Positions 19,810 through 31,270 of a stretch of 64,000 bases of DNA are shown piece by piece. The stretch's first letter is position 1. Each line of letters begins with the position of its first letter. This DNA comes from an uncultured delta proteobacterium. Its GTDB lineage: Bacteria > Myxococcota > Myxococcia > Myxococcales > Anaeromyxobacteraceae. Location: contig CAWJSR010000045.1 of the NCBI GenBank assembly GCA_963845515.1, positions 170,108-234,107 on the forward strand, written 5' to 3'. Position numbers and translations under genes: made by a program. The notes beneath the pieces are model-generated. The model saw only the letters and a list, made by a program, of their open reading frames with translations. It did no database searches and was not told where the DNA came from.

Positions 19810-20906
19810 TCAACTCTCCTGCAGCTCCGGCACCGGGTCGCGAAGCGCCCAGACGAGCGCGGTCGGAGTGGCCGAGGCGATGCCGAGCCCGAGCGCCGCG
19901 GCGAGGCACGAGAGCGCGAACGGCCCGCTCCGCGCGATCGCCCCCGCTACGCCGGGGTCCTGGGCCGCGGCGAGCGCGCCACCGGCGATGACGCCAGCGG
20001 TCGCGCCGGCCACCGCCACCAGCGCGGAGCGGGAGAGAAGCAGCCCCAGGAGCGTCGCCCGCGATGCCCCGATCGCGGCGACGTCGCCAGCTCGATGCGC
20101 CGCTCCGAGGCGTCGAGGTGCGCCGCGATGACGAGGCAGAGGGCGGCCACGATGCCCATCACCGCGTAGGCGACCATGCGATGCTTCGCCAGGGAGGCGT
20201 GCGTGTCATGGTCGGCGACCCCGCCGCGATCCGTCCGGATCGCGCTGGCGTCGTGCAGTGCCGCCGCGAGGCGCGCCTGGGCGTCCCGCGGCTCGACTCC
20301 TGCACGCAGGAACACGCGAAGCTCGTTCACCGCTGGAGCGCCGAGGAGGGCCTGCGCGGACTCGAGCGGAATGAGCACCGCCAGGTCCTCGGCGCTGCCG
20401 GTGGACGGCATCACCGCGTCCACGTCGAACGGCCTTCCGTCCACGTCGATCCTCCGTGGCGTCCCCGTTCGGCGCGCGAGCTCGGACCCGAGCGCTGCGA
20501 CATCGCGGCCTCCCGGCCCGGTGCGCGCCGGGAGCGAGGTCCAGTCCAGCCCGACCACGGGCGAGAGGAGTCCTGCGATCGGTCTCGTCAGGACGAGTCG
20601 TGCTTCGACCGCACGGACGTCGGAGCCGAGCGCCGCCACGACGGTGTCGGCAGTGCGCGCGGGCAGCGAGCCGTCGCCGAGCGCGAGCCTGACGAGCGCG
20701 CTCGCGGTCGTACCCGTCGACACCACGGAGAGGGCGGGCCCGATGGCGTCGATCTGCGTCGCGATCGCCTCCTCCCGGGCGCGAGCGACGAACTCCACGG
20801 CGGTGACCGCCGCCGTGAGCGCGGCGACCACCGTCGCCGCGAGGACGACGGATCGGCGCCTGACCGCCACGTCTCGCACAGTGAGCCAGAGGGCAGGGCC
20901 CGTCAC
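19810..20906 (-). CDS. ABC exporter permease (FtsX/MacB-like), frameshift near 20085
   Basis: N-terminal TM, periplasmic domain, ERRIELAT motif; C-terminus continues in ORF 19810-20019. Confidence 0.78.
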
Positions 20907-21598
20907 GCGACCGCCCCGTCGCCGGTGGAGCCCCGGGTGTCGATCGCGCCGGCGCGGAGCCGCATGATCCGCCCCGCCTGCTGGGCGAGACGCTGGTCGT
21001 GCGTGACCATCACGATCGTCTGGCCGCTCGCGTTCAGCTCGCGAAGCAGCTCCATCGTCTGGTCGGCGGTCGCCGGATCGAGGTTTCCGGTCGGCTCGTC
21101 GGCGAGGAGGACCTGGGGCCCGTTCACGATGGCCCGCCCGATGCCTACGCGCTGGCGCTCTCCCACGGAGAGCTGCGCGGGCCGGTGGTGGCGCCGCGCG
21201 GAGAGCCCCAGTCGGTCGAGGATCCGGTCCGCGTCCTCGTTGGCCTTCGCCCGGGGGCGGCCTGCGAGGATCGCGGGCAGGACCACGTTCTCCACGCACG
21301 TGAGGTAGGGGACGAGGTTGAACGTCTGGAAGACGAAGCCGATCTCGGTTCGGCGGAGGGCGGCGCGGGCCTCGCCGCCGAGATCGTAGACGCGCCTCTC
21401 ACCGAGGTAGACATGGCCGCCCGTCGGGGCGGCGAGCCCTCCCATGGCGAAGAGCAGCGTGGACTTCCCGCTGCCGCTCGGCCCGACCACGGCCAGGAAC
21501 TCGCCGGGAGCGACGTGTGCCGTGACGCCGGCGAGGGCGAGGACCTCGCCCCCCTGGGGTGCGGTGAAGGACTTCTTCACGTTCTCGACGCGGATCAT
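20903..21598 (-). CDS. ABC ATP-binding protein (LolD/MacB-like)
   Basis: GPSGSGKST, LSVGERQR, LLADEPTGNLD, VTHD. Confidence 0.93.
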   Translation of the reverse strand: MIRVENVKKSFTAPQGGEVLALAGVTAHVAPGEFLAVVGPSGSGKSTLLFAMGGLAAPTGGHVYLGERRVYDLGGEARAALRRTEIGFVFQTFNLVPYLTCVENVVLPAILAGRPRAKANEDADRILDRLGLSARRHHRPAQLSVGERQRVGIGRAIVNGPQVLLADEPTGNLDPATADQTMELLRELNASGQTIVMVTHDQRLAQQAGRIMRLRAGAIDTRGSTGDGAVA

Positions 21599-21600
21599 GA

Positions 21601-22690
21601 TCAGGACTCCCGAAGGACGACGGTGGGATCGAGCGCGGCGGCGCGGTTGGCTGGGACGGTGGCGGCGACGGCGCTGACGAGCGCGGCGAGGCCGACCACG
21701 GGCAGCAGCAGCTCTGGCGTGGGCACGAGCGGGCTGCCGAGCAAGGCCGAGCCGAGGCGCCAGGTCAGCGGGAACGCCAGAGCCCAGCCTGCGGCGCCGC
21801 CGAGGGCTCCCGCCGCGGCCGCCTGAAGGGTGAAGAGGCGCGCGAGGGCGCGGGGCGGCACGCCAATCGCGACGAGCAGCCCGAGCTCGCGAGACCTGCG
21901 CCGGGCTTGCGAGGACGCGAGGGCGCCCACGACGAGCGCGACGACCGCGAGCCCCGTCAGGTTCAGGACGGTCGAGTATCGCTTCATCGTCTCGACGCTC
22001 CCCTTCTGCGCCTTCACCATCCCCGCGACGGTGATCGCGCGGGAACCGGGAGGATTCTCGACCTCGGCGGCGAGCGTCGCGACGTCGACTCGGCACCAGC
22101 AGCCGCCCAGCGTCAGCGCGGACAGCGCCCCAGGCCGCCCGAGGACGCGCTGCGCGGCGGCGAGCGGCATGAAGACTGCGGCGTCGAGTCCGTCGGCAGG
22201 CGCGTCCGAGACCTGGAGCACCGAGAAGGTCCGATCGCCCAGTCTGAAGGTTCCGCCCGCCGACGCGCCCAGGGTGCGGGCAGCCGCCGGGCCGAGGACC
22301 GCCGGCTCCACCTCGCCCAGCGAAGGCCAGTCGACGTCCTGGCCAACGACGATCACCTCGCCGTCGCCCGCCTTCACGTTGCCGTAGAGCCGTGCCTCTA
22401 CGGAGCGGAGGTGCTGCGCCACTGCAGAGGATCGCAGGGCGCCGGGAGAGCTGTCGGGCAACGCCTCGGCCCCGTACCGCTGTCCGTGGAAGGCCGCGAG
22501 GTCGGTCGCCTCGGGGACCACGAGCATGTTCCGCCCGAGCCGATGCGCGAGGTCGTGCACCGCGTCCTCCGCCGACGAGGTCACGGCACGGTGAGTGACG
22601 AGCGCCGCGACCACGAGCGTCGACGGCCACGGTCCCGAGCAGGTACTCGACCCAGCGGCGTCGAAGGTCACCCATGAAGAGCATCCACAT
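21601..22690 (-). CDS. ABC exporter permease, frameshift near 22620
   Basis: MWMLFMGDLRRRW start continuing into ORF 21601-22821; RRSRELGLLVAIG; RAAALDP C-terminus; CWC motif. Confidence 0.8.
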
Positions 22691-22740
22691 GCGCGGTCTC
22701 TGCCTCCGTTGGCTGCGTGAGGTGCGAGGTGCGGGTTGAA

Positions 22741-22755
22741 GCAAGGGGCGCGCCA
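22741..22755 (-). promoter_or_regulatory. Sigma54 promoter of the ABC exporter operon
   Basis: Minus strand TGGCGCG-CCCC-TTGC, near-consensus, about 50 bp upstream of the ATG at 22690. Confidence 0.75.
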
Positions 22756-22872
22756 CGTGCGGGGCTCGAGCCAGCGCGGAATCCATCGACATTTCGCGCG
22801 CTCGAACGACGGAGACGGCAACAGTGTGATCGGATCGGTTACCCGCGGTCCGAGGTGCGGCCCCCTTCGCGC

Positions 22873-23980
22873 TCAGCATCGAGAGGACGTCGGCGAGCTC
22901 CTCCCAGGTCGTCGTTCTCCCGAGGCTGAAGCGGACGGCGCCCATGCCCTCGCGCTCCGAGACGCCCATCGCCGCCAGGACCGCGGAGAGCTCGACCGAG
23001 CCGGCATGGCAAGCGGAGCCGGTCGACGCCGCCACGCCCGGGAGCCCCGCCAGCACCTCGGCGCCCACCCGTCCGACGAAGTTCACGCTGGAGGTGTTGG
23101 GGAGCCGCTCGGCGCCCCCGCCGTTCACGGTGAGGTCTGCGCCGAAGATGGCCTTCAACTCCGCCTCGAAACGGTCACGGAGCGCGCGGACCGCGTCCAT
23201 CCCGATCCACCGGCCAGCGACCTCGCAGGCCGCGCCGAGCGCCACGTCGAGGAGCACGTTCTCGGTGCCGGCCCTGCGCCCCGACTCGTGCCCGGCACCG
23301 TGCATGAAGGGCTCGAGCCGCGTACCGCGCCGGACGTAGAGGGCGCCGACTCCCTTGGGCGCGTAGAGCTTGTGCCCCGCGACCGAGAGGAGGTCCACAC
23401 CGAGGTCGTCAACCCGCGTCGGGACCTTCCCGGCGCTCTGCGCGGCGTCGGTGTGCATGAGCACGCCGGCCGCGCGGGCGATGGCAGCGATCTCCTCGAT
23501 GGGCTGGATCGTCCCGACCTCGTTGTTGGCGTGCATGACGCTGACGAGGATGGTGCGCGGGGTGATGGCGCGGCGGATGGCCTCGGGATCGACTCGTCCC
23601 TGGCTGTCCACGCCGACGACCGTGACCTTCGCGCCCAGCCGCTGAAGGAACTCCAGCGGCTTCAGGACGGCCGGATGCTCGACGGCGCTGGTGACGAAGT
23701 GGTCGCCGCGATCACGGTTGGCGAAGAAGACTCCCTTCAGCGCATGGTTGTTCGCCTCGGTGCCGCCGCTCGTGAAGACGATCTCGTCCGGTGCGGCGCC
23801 GAGCAGCTCGGCGACCTGACCACGCGCCCGCTCCACCGCCGCCTTCGCCGGCGCGCCCGCCCAGTGGCCGTTCGACGGATTGCCGAAATGGTCGGTGAGG
23901 AACGGCCGCATGGCCTCCGCGGCCTCGGGAGCGAGCGGCGTGCTGGCGTTGAAGTCGAGGTAGGTCTTCGTGTTCTTCAT
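22873..23980 (-). CDS. NifS/IscS-type cysteine desulfurase (3' end approximate; no in-frame stop)
   Basis: YLDFNASTP, FTSGGTEAN, HANNEVG, GHKLYAPKG, STGSACH, RFSLGR. Confidence 0.9.
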
Positions 23981-24135
23981 CACCTTGCGCCCTCCTGACC
24001 TCGACCTGGCGGTGTCTTGCATCGTGGACGTACATCCTGTATCACGGAATCGACGGCGGCTCGCCACGAAGCCGAGGCGAGCAGCATCCACAAACCCGGG
24101 CGAACGCGTACGGCCTCGTGGCCGATCGAGGCCGC

Positions 24136-25419
24136 ATGTCCAACGACGCACACCTAGACCCCACCGTCCCCGGTAACCCTGCCTACCACTTCACGATCGT
24201 GCCCCCCGGGTCTCCCGTGAGGGCCGGGTGGGGCGCCCGTGGCCCGCTCGTGCCCAGCGCCAGGCTCGGGACCCAGTGTGTCCACGCCGGCGTGCAGCCC
24301 GATCCCACCTACGGCGCGGTCATGCCGCCGATCTACCAGTCGTCCACCTTCGCGTTCCGCGACGTCTGCACGAACGCCGGGTATGACTACACACGCAGCG
24401 GGAATCCGACGCGGGCGGCGCTCGAAGAGGCGCTCGCGCTCCTGGAGGGTGGCGCGGGGGCAACGTGCACGAGCACCGGCATGAGCGCGGTGATCGTCGC
24501 GCTGAACCTCCTCCCTGTGGGCAGCCACCTGCTCTGCACCGTGGACTGCTACGGCGGGACCTTCCGCGCCCTCGAGCACGCGAGGGCGACCTACGGGCTC
24601 GAGGTCACGTACCTCGACCTCGCCGATCTGGACGCCGTCGCCGCTGCCTTCCGGTCGAACACGCGGATGCTCTGGATCGAGACCCCGTCCAACCCGCTGC
24701 TGCGCCTCACCGACGTCGCGGCGGTCGTTGCGCTCGCACGGAGCCACGGCGCGCTCACCGTCGTCGACAACACGTTCCTCTCCCCGGTCTCGCAGCAGCC
24801 CTTCCGGCACGGTGCCGACCTCGTGGTCCACTCGACCACGAAGTACCTGAACGGACACAGCGACGTCGTGGGCGGCGCGGTCGTGGCGGGGCCCGGCAGG
24901 ACCGCGCTGGTCCAGCAGATCCAGAGCGTCAACAACCTGCTGGGCACGTCGCAGAGCCCCCACGACTGCTTCCTCGTCCTCCGCGGCCTCAAGACCCTGC
25001 TGCTCCGGATGCGCGCGCACGAGGCCGGGGCGCGCGCCGTCGCCGAGTTCCTCGCCGCGCACCCGGCGGTCGCGAAGGTGCACTACCCGGGGCTCGCGAC
25101 CCACCCCCAGCACGGGCTCGCGCGCAGGCAGCAGTCCGGCTTCGGCGGCATGGTGAGCTTCGAGCTGGCCGACGGCAGCCGCGAGCGCGTCGATCACGTC
25201 CTCAGGACGCTGCGCTGGTTCACGCTCGCCGAGAGCCTCGGGGGCGTGGAGAGCCTGGTCGCTCACCCCGCCTCCATGACCCACGCGTCGATGACCCCCG
25301 AGGCCAGGGCGCGCGCCGGCATCACCGACGGCGTCATCCGGCTCTCGGTCGGCATCGAGGACCCCGCGGACCTGCTCGCCGACCTCGACGCGGCGCTGGC
25401 CACGCTCCCCGTCGGTTGA
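24136..25419 (+). CDS. metB: Cystathionine gamma-synthase/lyase (trans-sulfuration PLP enzyme)
   Basis: YDYTRSGNPT, ETPSNP, DNTF, HSTTKYLNGHSD, AESLGGVES, RLSVGIE. Confidence 0.88.
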   Translation: MSNDAHLDPTVPGNPAYHFTIVPPGSPVRAGWGARGPLVPSARLGTQCVHAGVQPDPTYGAVMPPIYQSSTFAFRDVCTNAGYDYTRSGNPTRAALEEALALLEGGAGATCTSTGMSAVIVALNLLPVGSHLLCTVDCYGGTFRALEHARATYGLEVTYLDLADLDAVAAAFRSNTRMLWIETPSNPLLRLTDVAAVVALARSHGALTVVDNTFLSPVSQQPFRHGADLVVHSTTKYLNGHSDVVGGAVVAGPGRTALVQQIQSVNNLLGTSQSPHDCFLVLRGLKTLLLRMRAHEAGARAVAEFLAAHPAVAKVHYPGLATHPQHGLARRQQSGFGGMVSFELADGSRERVDHVLRTLRWFTLAESLGGVESLVAHPASMTHASMTPEARARAGITDGVIRLSVGIEDPADLLADLDAALATLPVG

Positions 25420-25428
25420 GACGACCCG

Positions 25429-26347
25429 ATGATCCACGACGACATCCTCTCCCTGGTCGGGCGAACCCCGCTGCTGCGCCTGAGGCAGCAGGCGGGTCAG
25501 GTCGCGGTGGTCGCGGCGAAGCTCGAGTCGTTCAACCCGGGCGGCAGCGTCAAGGACCGCATCGCGCTGGAGATGATCCTCTCGGCCGAGCGGGACGGGC
25601 GGATCGCGCCTGGCCGCACTACGCTCGATCGAGCCGACCTCGGGCAACACGGGCATCGGCCTCGCGCTGGTGGCCGCGGCCCGAGGCTATCGGCTGATCC
25701 TGACGATGCCCGACTCGATGAGCGTCGAGCGCAGGAAGCTGCTCGCCGCCTATGGCGCGGAGCTGGTGCTGACGCCAGGCGCGCTCGGCATGCGCGGCGC
25801 CGTGCGCAAGGCGGAGGAGCTCGCGCGCGAGAGCGCCGACGCCTTCCTCCCCCAGCAGTTCGCCAACCCGGCCAACGCCGCAGCGCACCGGCGCACCACC
25901 GCGGTCGAGATCTGGGAGGACACGGATGGCCGCGTGGACGTGTTCGTGGCCGGCGTTGGCACGGGCGGGACGATCACCGGCGTCGGCGAGGCGCTGAAGT
26001 CGCGCAAGGGCCAGGTGCGCATCGTCGCAGTGGAGCCGGACGACTCGCCGGTCCTGTCGGGCGGCATGCCGGGGCCCCACGCGCTGCAGGGCATCGGCGC
26101 GGGGTTCATCCCGGAGGCGCTGAACGTCGGCGTCATCGACGAGATCGTCCGCGTCACCGCGGCGCAGGCCTTCGAGGTGTCGCGGCGGCTGGCGCGCGAG
26201 GAGGGGCTCCTCGTGGGGATCTCCGCCGGCGCGGCCGCGCACGCGGCCATGGAGCTCGCGCGGCGACCGGAGAGCGAGGGGAAGCTCGTCGTCGTCCTCC
26301 TTCCCGACACCGGCGAGCGGTACCTCTCGACGAGGCTATTCGAATGA
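25429..26347 (+). CDS. cysK: Cysteine synthase A, frameshift near 25625
   Basis: [14 protein letters not shown] then, after the shift, [35 protein letters not shown]. Confidence 0.92.
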
Positions 26348-28332
26348 GACAGCACCTGCCGATCCTCAACGTCGACGTCCCGGACAAGGCCGAGCACGTC
26401 GCGCTGACGCCGAACGCCGCGTCCCGCGACCTCCTGCAGCACCTGGAGGGGCTCGGCGTCGAGACGCTCTACGACCGCTTCGAGCAGCAGAAGCCACAGT
26501 GCACGTTCGGCCTCACCGGCCGTTGCTGCCGGATGTGCCAGTGGGGGCCGTGCCGGATCGGCCCGAAGGCCGAGCGAGGCATCTGCGGCAAGGACCAGAA
26601 CGCGATGGTCATCGGCAACGTGCTGCGCTCGCTCGTCGCCGGGCTCTCGGCGCACGGGCGCCACGCGCACGAGGCGATGTTCTCGGTGCTGGCGGCTGCG
26701 GACGGCAAGGCGCACCTGAAGATCAAGGGCGAGGAGCGCGTGCTGGAGCTGGCGCGCCGCTTCGGCGTCGCGTCAGAGGGCAGGCCGCTCGAGGACGTGG
26801 CACGAGAGGTGACCGGGATCCTCATCCAGGACCTCGGCAGGCTCGAGGCGGCGCCGCTCCGGACGCTCGAGGCCTTCGCTCCGCCTGAGCGCCGGGAGAC
26901 GTGGCGCGGGCTCGGCATCCTCCCGCGCAGCGCCACGTACGAGGTCATGGAGGCACTCCACATGACCACGCTCGGCGGCTGCACCGACTGGACCGCGCTC
27001 GCCGCGCAGGAGCTCCGGGCGGCGCTCGCCTACTGCTACAGCACGCTCTTCGGCTCCTCGTTCGCGACGGAGATGCTCTTCGGCCTTCCGCAGCAGCGCG
27101 TCACGACAGTGAACTACGGGATCCTCAAGGCTGACCACGTGAACGTGCTCATGCACGGCCACTCGCCGGTGATGGTCGAGGTCATCCTGGAGAAGCTCCG
27201 GACGCCCGAGCTGGAGCAGCTCGCGCGCGACGTCGGGGCGAAGGGCATCGTGGTGGGCGGGCTCTGCTGCTCGGGCGAGGAGCTCCTGGCCAGGCACGGC
27301 GTGTCGACCGTCACGAACATCGGCGGCCAGGAGCTCGTGCTCGGCACCGGCGCCGTCGACGCGGTGGTCGTGGACATGCAGTGCGTCATCCCCGGCATGA
27401 AGATCCTCGCCGACTGCTTCGGGACGCAGATCATCACGACCTGCAAGTCGAACCGGATCCCCGGGGCGCTGCACGTCCCGTTCGATCCCGAGCAGCCGGA
27501 GCAGCTCCAGGCCGACGCGGACCGCGTCGCTCGCGCCGCGATCGAGGCGTACCGGCGGCGCGATCACTCCAAGACCCACATCCCGCAGGTCACCACGGCG
27601 GCGCAGGTCGGGTGGAGCTACGAGAACATCCTCGAGACGCTCGGTGGCGCGGAGCGGATCGTCGAGCTCCTGCGCAGCGGGCGGCTCGAGGGGATCGCCA
27701 CCATCGTCGGCTGCAACACCCCCAAGGTCCCATACGAGTACAACCACGTGACGTTGGCGCGTGAGCTGATCCGCTCCGACGTGCTCCTGCTCACGACGGG
27801 GTGCTGCGCCCACGCGCTCCTCAACGAAGGCCTCTGCGGGCCCGAGGCCGCCGACCTGGCGGGGCTCGGTCTCGCGGGGCTGTGCCGCGAGCTGGGCATC
27901 CCCCCCGTCCTCGCGGTGGGCGGCTGCGTCGACAACACCCGGACGCTCCGGCTCTTCGCCGAGATCTCGCGGGCGAGCGGCGTCGCGATGAAGGACCTCC
28001 CGTTCATGTTCATCGGACCAGAGCCTGGGAACGAGAAGACGGTGGGGCAGGGGCTCACGTTCCTCGTGCACGGGGTCAGCAACCTGGTCGGGTTCCCCGC
28101 CCCCATCCCGCCGGCGATTCCGCGCCCGAGGGCCGACGGCTCCGGCGAGCTGGAGCGGGGCAGCAACGACGTGGTCGACTTTCTCGCCGGCTCAGAAGGC
28201 GTCCTGAAGCTCCTGGGCGCCAAGGTCTACACGGAGCCCGAGCCGAAGCTCGGTGCCCAGCACGTCCGGATGCACCTCCACCGCAAGCGGCTGGCGCTCG
28301 GCTGGGCCGGCCAATCCTCCACGGAGACCTGA
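26344..28332 (+). CDS. cooS: Ni-containing carbon monoxide dehydrogenase catalytic subunit
   Basis: D/B-cluster [19 protein letters not shown]...GICG; AHGRHAH; C-cluster ligands HGHSP, LCCSG, DMQC, GCNTPK, TGCC, GCVDN; NEK lysine. Confidence 0.92.
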   Translation: MRQHLPILNVDVPDKAEHVALTPNAASRDLLQHLEGLGVETLYDRFEQQKPQCTFGLTGRCCRMCQWGPCRIGPKAERGICGKDQNAMVIGNVLRSLVAGLSAHGRHAHEAMFSVLAAADGKAHLKIKGEERVLELARRFGVASEGRPLEDVAREVTGILIQDLGRLEAAPLRTLEAFAPPERRETWRGLGILPRSATYEVMEALHMTTLGGCTDWTALAAQELRAALAYCYSTLFGSSFATEMLFGLPQQRVTTVNYGILKADHVNVLMHGHSPVMVEVILEKLRTPELEQLARDVGAKGIVVGGLCCSGEELLARHGVSTVTNIGGQELVLGTGAVDAVVVDMQCVIPGMKILADCFGTQIITTCKSNRIPGALHVPFDPEQPEQLQADADRVARAAIEAYRRRDHSKTHIPQVTTAAQVGWSYENILETLGGAERIVELLRSGRLEGIATIVGCNTPKVPYEYNHVTLARELIRSDVLLLTTGCCAHALLNEGLCGPEAADLAGLGLAGLCRELGIPPVLAVGGCVDNTRTLRLFAEISRASGVAMKDLPFMFIGPEPGNEKTVGQGLTFLVHGVSNLVGFPAPIPPAIPRPRADGSGELERGSNDVVDFLAGSEGVLKLLGAKVYTEPEPKLGAQHVRMHLHRKRLALGWAGQSSTET

Positions 28333-28334
28333 AG

Positions 28335-29321
28335 ATGCGATCGATCACGCGTAGGGACGTCCTGAAGCTCGCGGGGGCCGGGGGCGCCGCGGCCGCGCTG
28401 GGGGGCCTGCTCCCGGCGTGCCGTAGGCAGGCGGGCTCGAGGACCAGGGTACGGCTGGGGTACCTACCGCTCACGGATCACCTGACCGTGATCGCGGCGG
28501 CGCGGACGACCTTCGAGACGCTCGACGTGGAGCCGGTGAAGTTCGCGAGCTGGCCCGAGCTGGCGGAGGCGGTGAAGGGCGGCGCGCTCGAGGCGGCCTT
28601 CGCGCTCACGCCGATCGGCCTGACCCTCCGCGGGAAGGGGGTCCCGGTGAAGCTCGTGCTCCTCGGGCACCGCAACGGCAGCGTGCTGACCGTGAAGGTG
28701 GGCGACGCGGTCACGTCGGTCGCCGACCTCAAGGGGAAGACGATCGCGATCCCGAGCCGCTTCTCGACGCACAACATCCTGCTCAGGCGAATCCTCGCCG
28801 CCGAGGGGCTCGAGCCGGGCCGCGACGTGGAGATCGTGGAGATGCCGCCGCCGGAGATGGTCCAGGCGCTCGGGACGGGCCGGCTCGGCGGGTTCATCGT
28901 CGCCGAGCCGTTCGGTGGCCAGGCAGAGCTCCAGCACGTCGGGAAGGTGCTCAAGTACTCGAAGGACGTGTGGCCGAACCACATCTGCTGCACGCTCCTC
29001 GCCCGGGAGGATCTCATCGCGGCGCGCCCGGAGAGCGTTCAGGAGCTCGTGGACGCGCTCGTCGCAGCGGGGAGGTTCGTGACCGAGCACCCGGACGAGG
29101 CCGCTGAGCTCTCCACGAAGTACCTGGGGCAGAAGCCGGAGGTCATCCGTCACGTCCTGACGCACCCGCGCGACCGCGTCACCTTCGACGACCTCTTGCC
29201 GACGCTGGCCGATCTGGAGGCCACGCAGGGGGACATGCTCAAGTTCGGCATCGCGAGCACACCCGTGGACCTGGGCGCCTTCCTCGACGACCGGTTCGCC
29301 AAGCGCGCCTACGCGAGGTGA
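28335..29321 (+). CDS. NitT/TauT-family ABC substrate-binding protein (Tat lipoprotein)
   Basis: TRRDVLK twin-arginine and LPAC lipobox; GYLPLTDHL, HRNGS, AEPFG, HICC. Confidence 0.9.
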   Translation: MRSITRRDVLKLAGAGGAAAALGGLLPACRRQAGSRTRVRLGYLPLTDHLTVIAAARTTFETLDVEPVKFASWPELAEAVKGGALEAAFALTPIGLTLRGKGVPVKLVLLGHRNGSVLTVKVGDAVTSVADLKGKTIAIPSRFSTHNILLRRILAAEGLEPGRDVEIVEMPPPEMVQALGTGRLGGFIVAEPFGGQAELQHVGKVLKYSKDVWPNHICCTLLAREDLIAARPESVQELVDALVAAGRFVTEHPDEAAELSTKYLGQKPEVIRHVLTHPRDRVTFDDLLPTLADLEATQGDMLKFGIASTPVDLGAFLDDRFAKRAYAR

Positions 29322-30172
29322 GCATGGATGTACGGCCAACGAACGGCGTGGCCCCGGGTTCGCCGCCGCCGGTCGACGTCCCCCGGCGCGTGGTGCGGTG
29401 GCTCGATCGCTGGCTGGTGCCGGCCTCGGGTATCGCGGCCGTCGTCCTCGCCTGGGAGGTGGCGGCGCGGTCCGGGCGGTGGACGGCCGATCAGCTCCCC
29501 GGCCCGGTCGCGGTGCTGCGCGCGGGCGCGGAGATCCTCGCCAGTGGAACGCTGTTCTCGCACGTGGGGGCGAGCCTGGCCCGCTTCCTCGTTGCCTACC
29601 TGATCGCCACGACGTCGGCGGTGACGTTGGGGCTCCTCTTCGGCTGGCGCGAGCGGCTCTGGCGGGCGGTGGACCCGGTGGTTCAGCTGCTGCGGCCGGT
29701 GTCGCCGATCGCGTGGTTTCCCCTGGCGGTGCTGTGGCTCGGGATCGGGGACGCGCCCGCGATCGCGATCATCTTCCTCGCGTCGTTCTTCCCTGCGCTC
29801 CTCACGACGGTCGCCGCGGTGCGGCGCGTGGACCCGCTGCTGCTGCGCATCGCCCGGAACTTCGGTTCGAGCGAGCGCGACATCGTCCTCAAGGTGGTCG
29901 TGCCGGCGGCCTTCCCTCAGGTGGCCGTCGGGCTGCACATCGCGCTCGGCGCGGCGTGGGTCTACCTGGTCGCCGGGGAGATGCTGGGGGCGCGCTCGGG
30001 GCTCGGCTTCCTCGTCATGGACGCGCGCAACTTCTTGCGGACCGACCTGCTCCTCTTCGCGGTCCTGCTCATCGGACTCATCGGGCTAGCGCTCGACAAG
30101 ACCATCGCGGCCGCCGAGCGCCGGATCTACAGGGCGTGGGGCGCGGTGCCGGCCGGCGAGGAGCTCGGATGA
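29318..30172 (+). CDS. NitT/TauT ABC permease
   Basis: LRPVSPIAWFP, LVAGEMLG..SGLG. Confidence 0.92.
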   Translation: MSMDVRPTNGVAPGSPPPVDVPRRVVRWLDRWLVPASGIAAVVLAWEVAARSGRWTADQLPGPVAVLRAGAEILASGTLFSHVGASLARFLVAYLIATTSAVTLGLLFGWRERLWRAVDPVVQLLRPVSPIAWFPLAVLWLGIGDAPAIAIIFLASFFPALLTTVAAVRRVDPLLLRIARNFGSSERDIVLKVVVPAAFPQVAVGLHIALGAAWVYLVAGEMLGARSGLGFLVMDARNFLRTDLLLFAVLLIGLIGLALDKTIAAAERRIYRAWGAVPAGEELG

Positions 30173-30948
30173 AGCCGGCGCGCATCGTGCTTCGGTCCGT
30201 CGAGAAGCGCTTCGTGAATCAGCGGGCCACGACGACGGCGCTCTCGGCCGTCGATCTCGAGATCGGCCAGGGCGAGCTCGTGTGCCTCCTGGGGCCGAGC
30301 GGTTGTGGCAAGTCCACGCTCCTCAACATCGTCGCGGGGTTCGATGCGCCCTCGAGCGGCTCCGTGGAGATCGACGGGGCGGTCGTGGGCGGTCCGCAGC
30401 GGCGGGTCGTGACGCTGTTCCAGAGCTACGGGCTCTTCCCCTGGCGCAGCGTGCTGCGAAACGTCGAGTACGGGCTCGAGGTCTCCGGCGTGCCGAAGCG
30501 CGAGCGCCGCGAGGTCGCGACGCAGTGCCTCGAGCTCGTCGGGCTGTCCGCGTTCGCGGGCCACCACCCCCATGAGCTCTCCGGCGGCATGCAGCAGCGC
30601 GTGGCGCTGGCCCGGGCGCTGGCCGTCGACCCCGAGTGCATCCTCCTCGACGAACCGTTCGGCGCCCTGGACGCGATCACGCGCATCAAGCTGCAGGAGG
30701 AGCTGGTCCGCATCTGGGAGGAGAAGCGCAAGACCATCGTCTGCGTCACCCACGACGTCGAGGAGTCCGTCTTCCTGGCCGATCGCATCGTGGTGATGGC
30801 GGCGAGCCCCGGTCGGGTGAAGGCCGTCATCGACGTGCCGCTGTCGCGCCCCCGGACGCGGACGAGCTCCGACTTCGACGCGCTCCGCCGGAAGGTGTAC
30901 GCGGAGCTCGAGCTGGTGCACGAGCTGCAGCCGGAGTACACGATCTGA
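30169..30948 (+). CDS. NitT/TauT ABC ATP-binding protein
   Basis: GPSGCGKST, LSGGMQQR, LDEPFGALD, C-terminal EYTI. Confidence 0.93.
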   Translation: MKPARIVLRSVEKRFVNQRATTTALSAVDLEIGQGELVCLLGPSGCGKSTLLNIVAGFDAPSSGSVEIDGAVVGGPQRRVVTLFQSYGLFPWRSVLRNVEYGLEVSGVPKRERREVATQCLELVGLSAFAGHHPHELSGGMQQRVALARALAVDPECILLDEPFGALDAITRIKLQEELVRIWEEKRKTIVCVTHDVEESVFLADRIVVMAASPGRVKAVIDVPLSRPRTRTSSDFDALRRKVYAELELVHELQPEYTI

Positions 30949-31270
30949 TCGCGGGCACCTGGCTGTCTCCCTCCCTCGGCCTCGGGGCGCCGAAGGGGGG
31001 GCCCTCGAGCGCGTCGTTTGACGACCGCGACCGGACGCGCGTAGCATCTCCTCGCATGAAGAGTCACCTCGGCCATCGGCAGACCCGCGGCGCGGCGGAG
31101 TACGCGCCGTGCATGTGTCGCCAGCCGGGCGCCTCCTCCCGCGGCTAGTCGCGCCCGGCCCGCTCCGAGGACGTCAGTTCCGGAGCCCTCATCCAGAACG
31201 ATTCACGAGGGGAGCTGCACGCTCCGAACGCCGCCGCCGCGGCGGCGCGACGATCACGGGAGGAGAACCA

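Noticed and set aside
20903..24151. 1082-aa NifS-permease-ABC ATPase fusion ORF
   Set aside because: The middle section is out-of-frame permease sequence, and a near-consensus sigma54 promoter at 22741-22755 lies in the supposed linker; best explained by indels
25429..28332. 967-aa CysK-CODH fusion
   Set aside because: A frameshift near 25625 moves the CysK N-terminus into the cooS frame; CysK has its own stop at 26347 overlapping the cooS ATG
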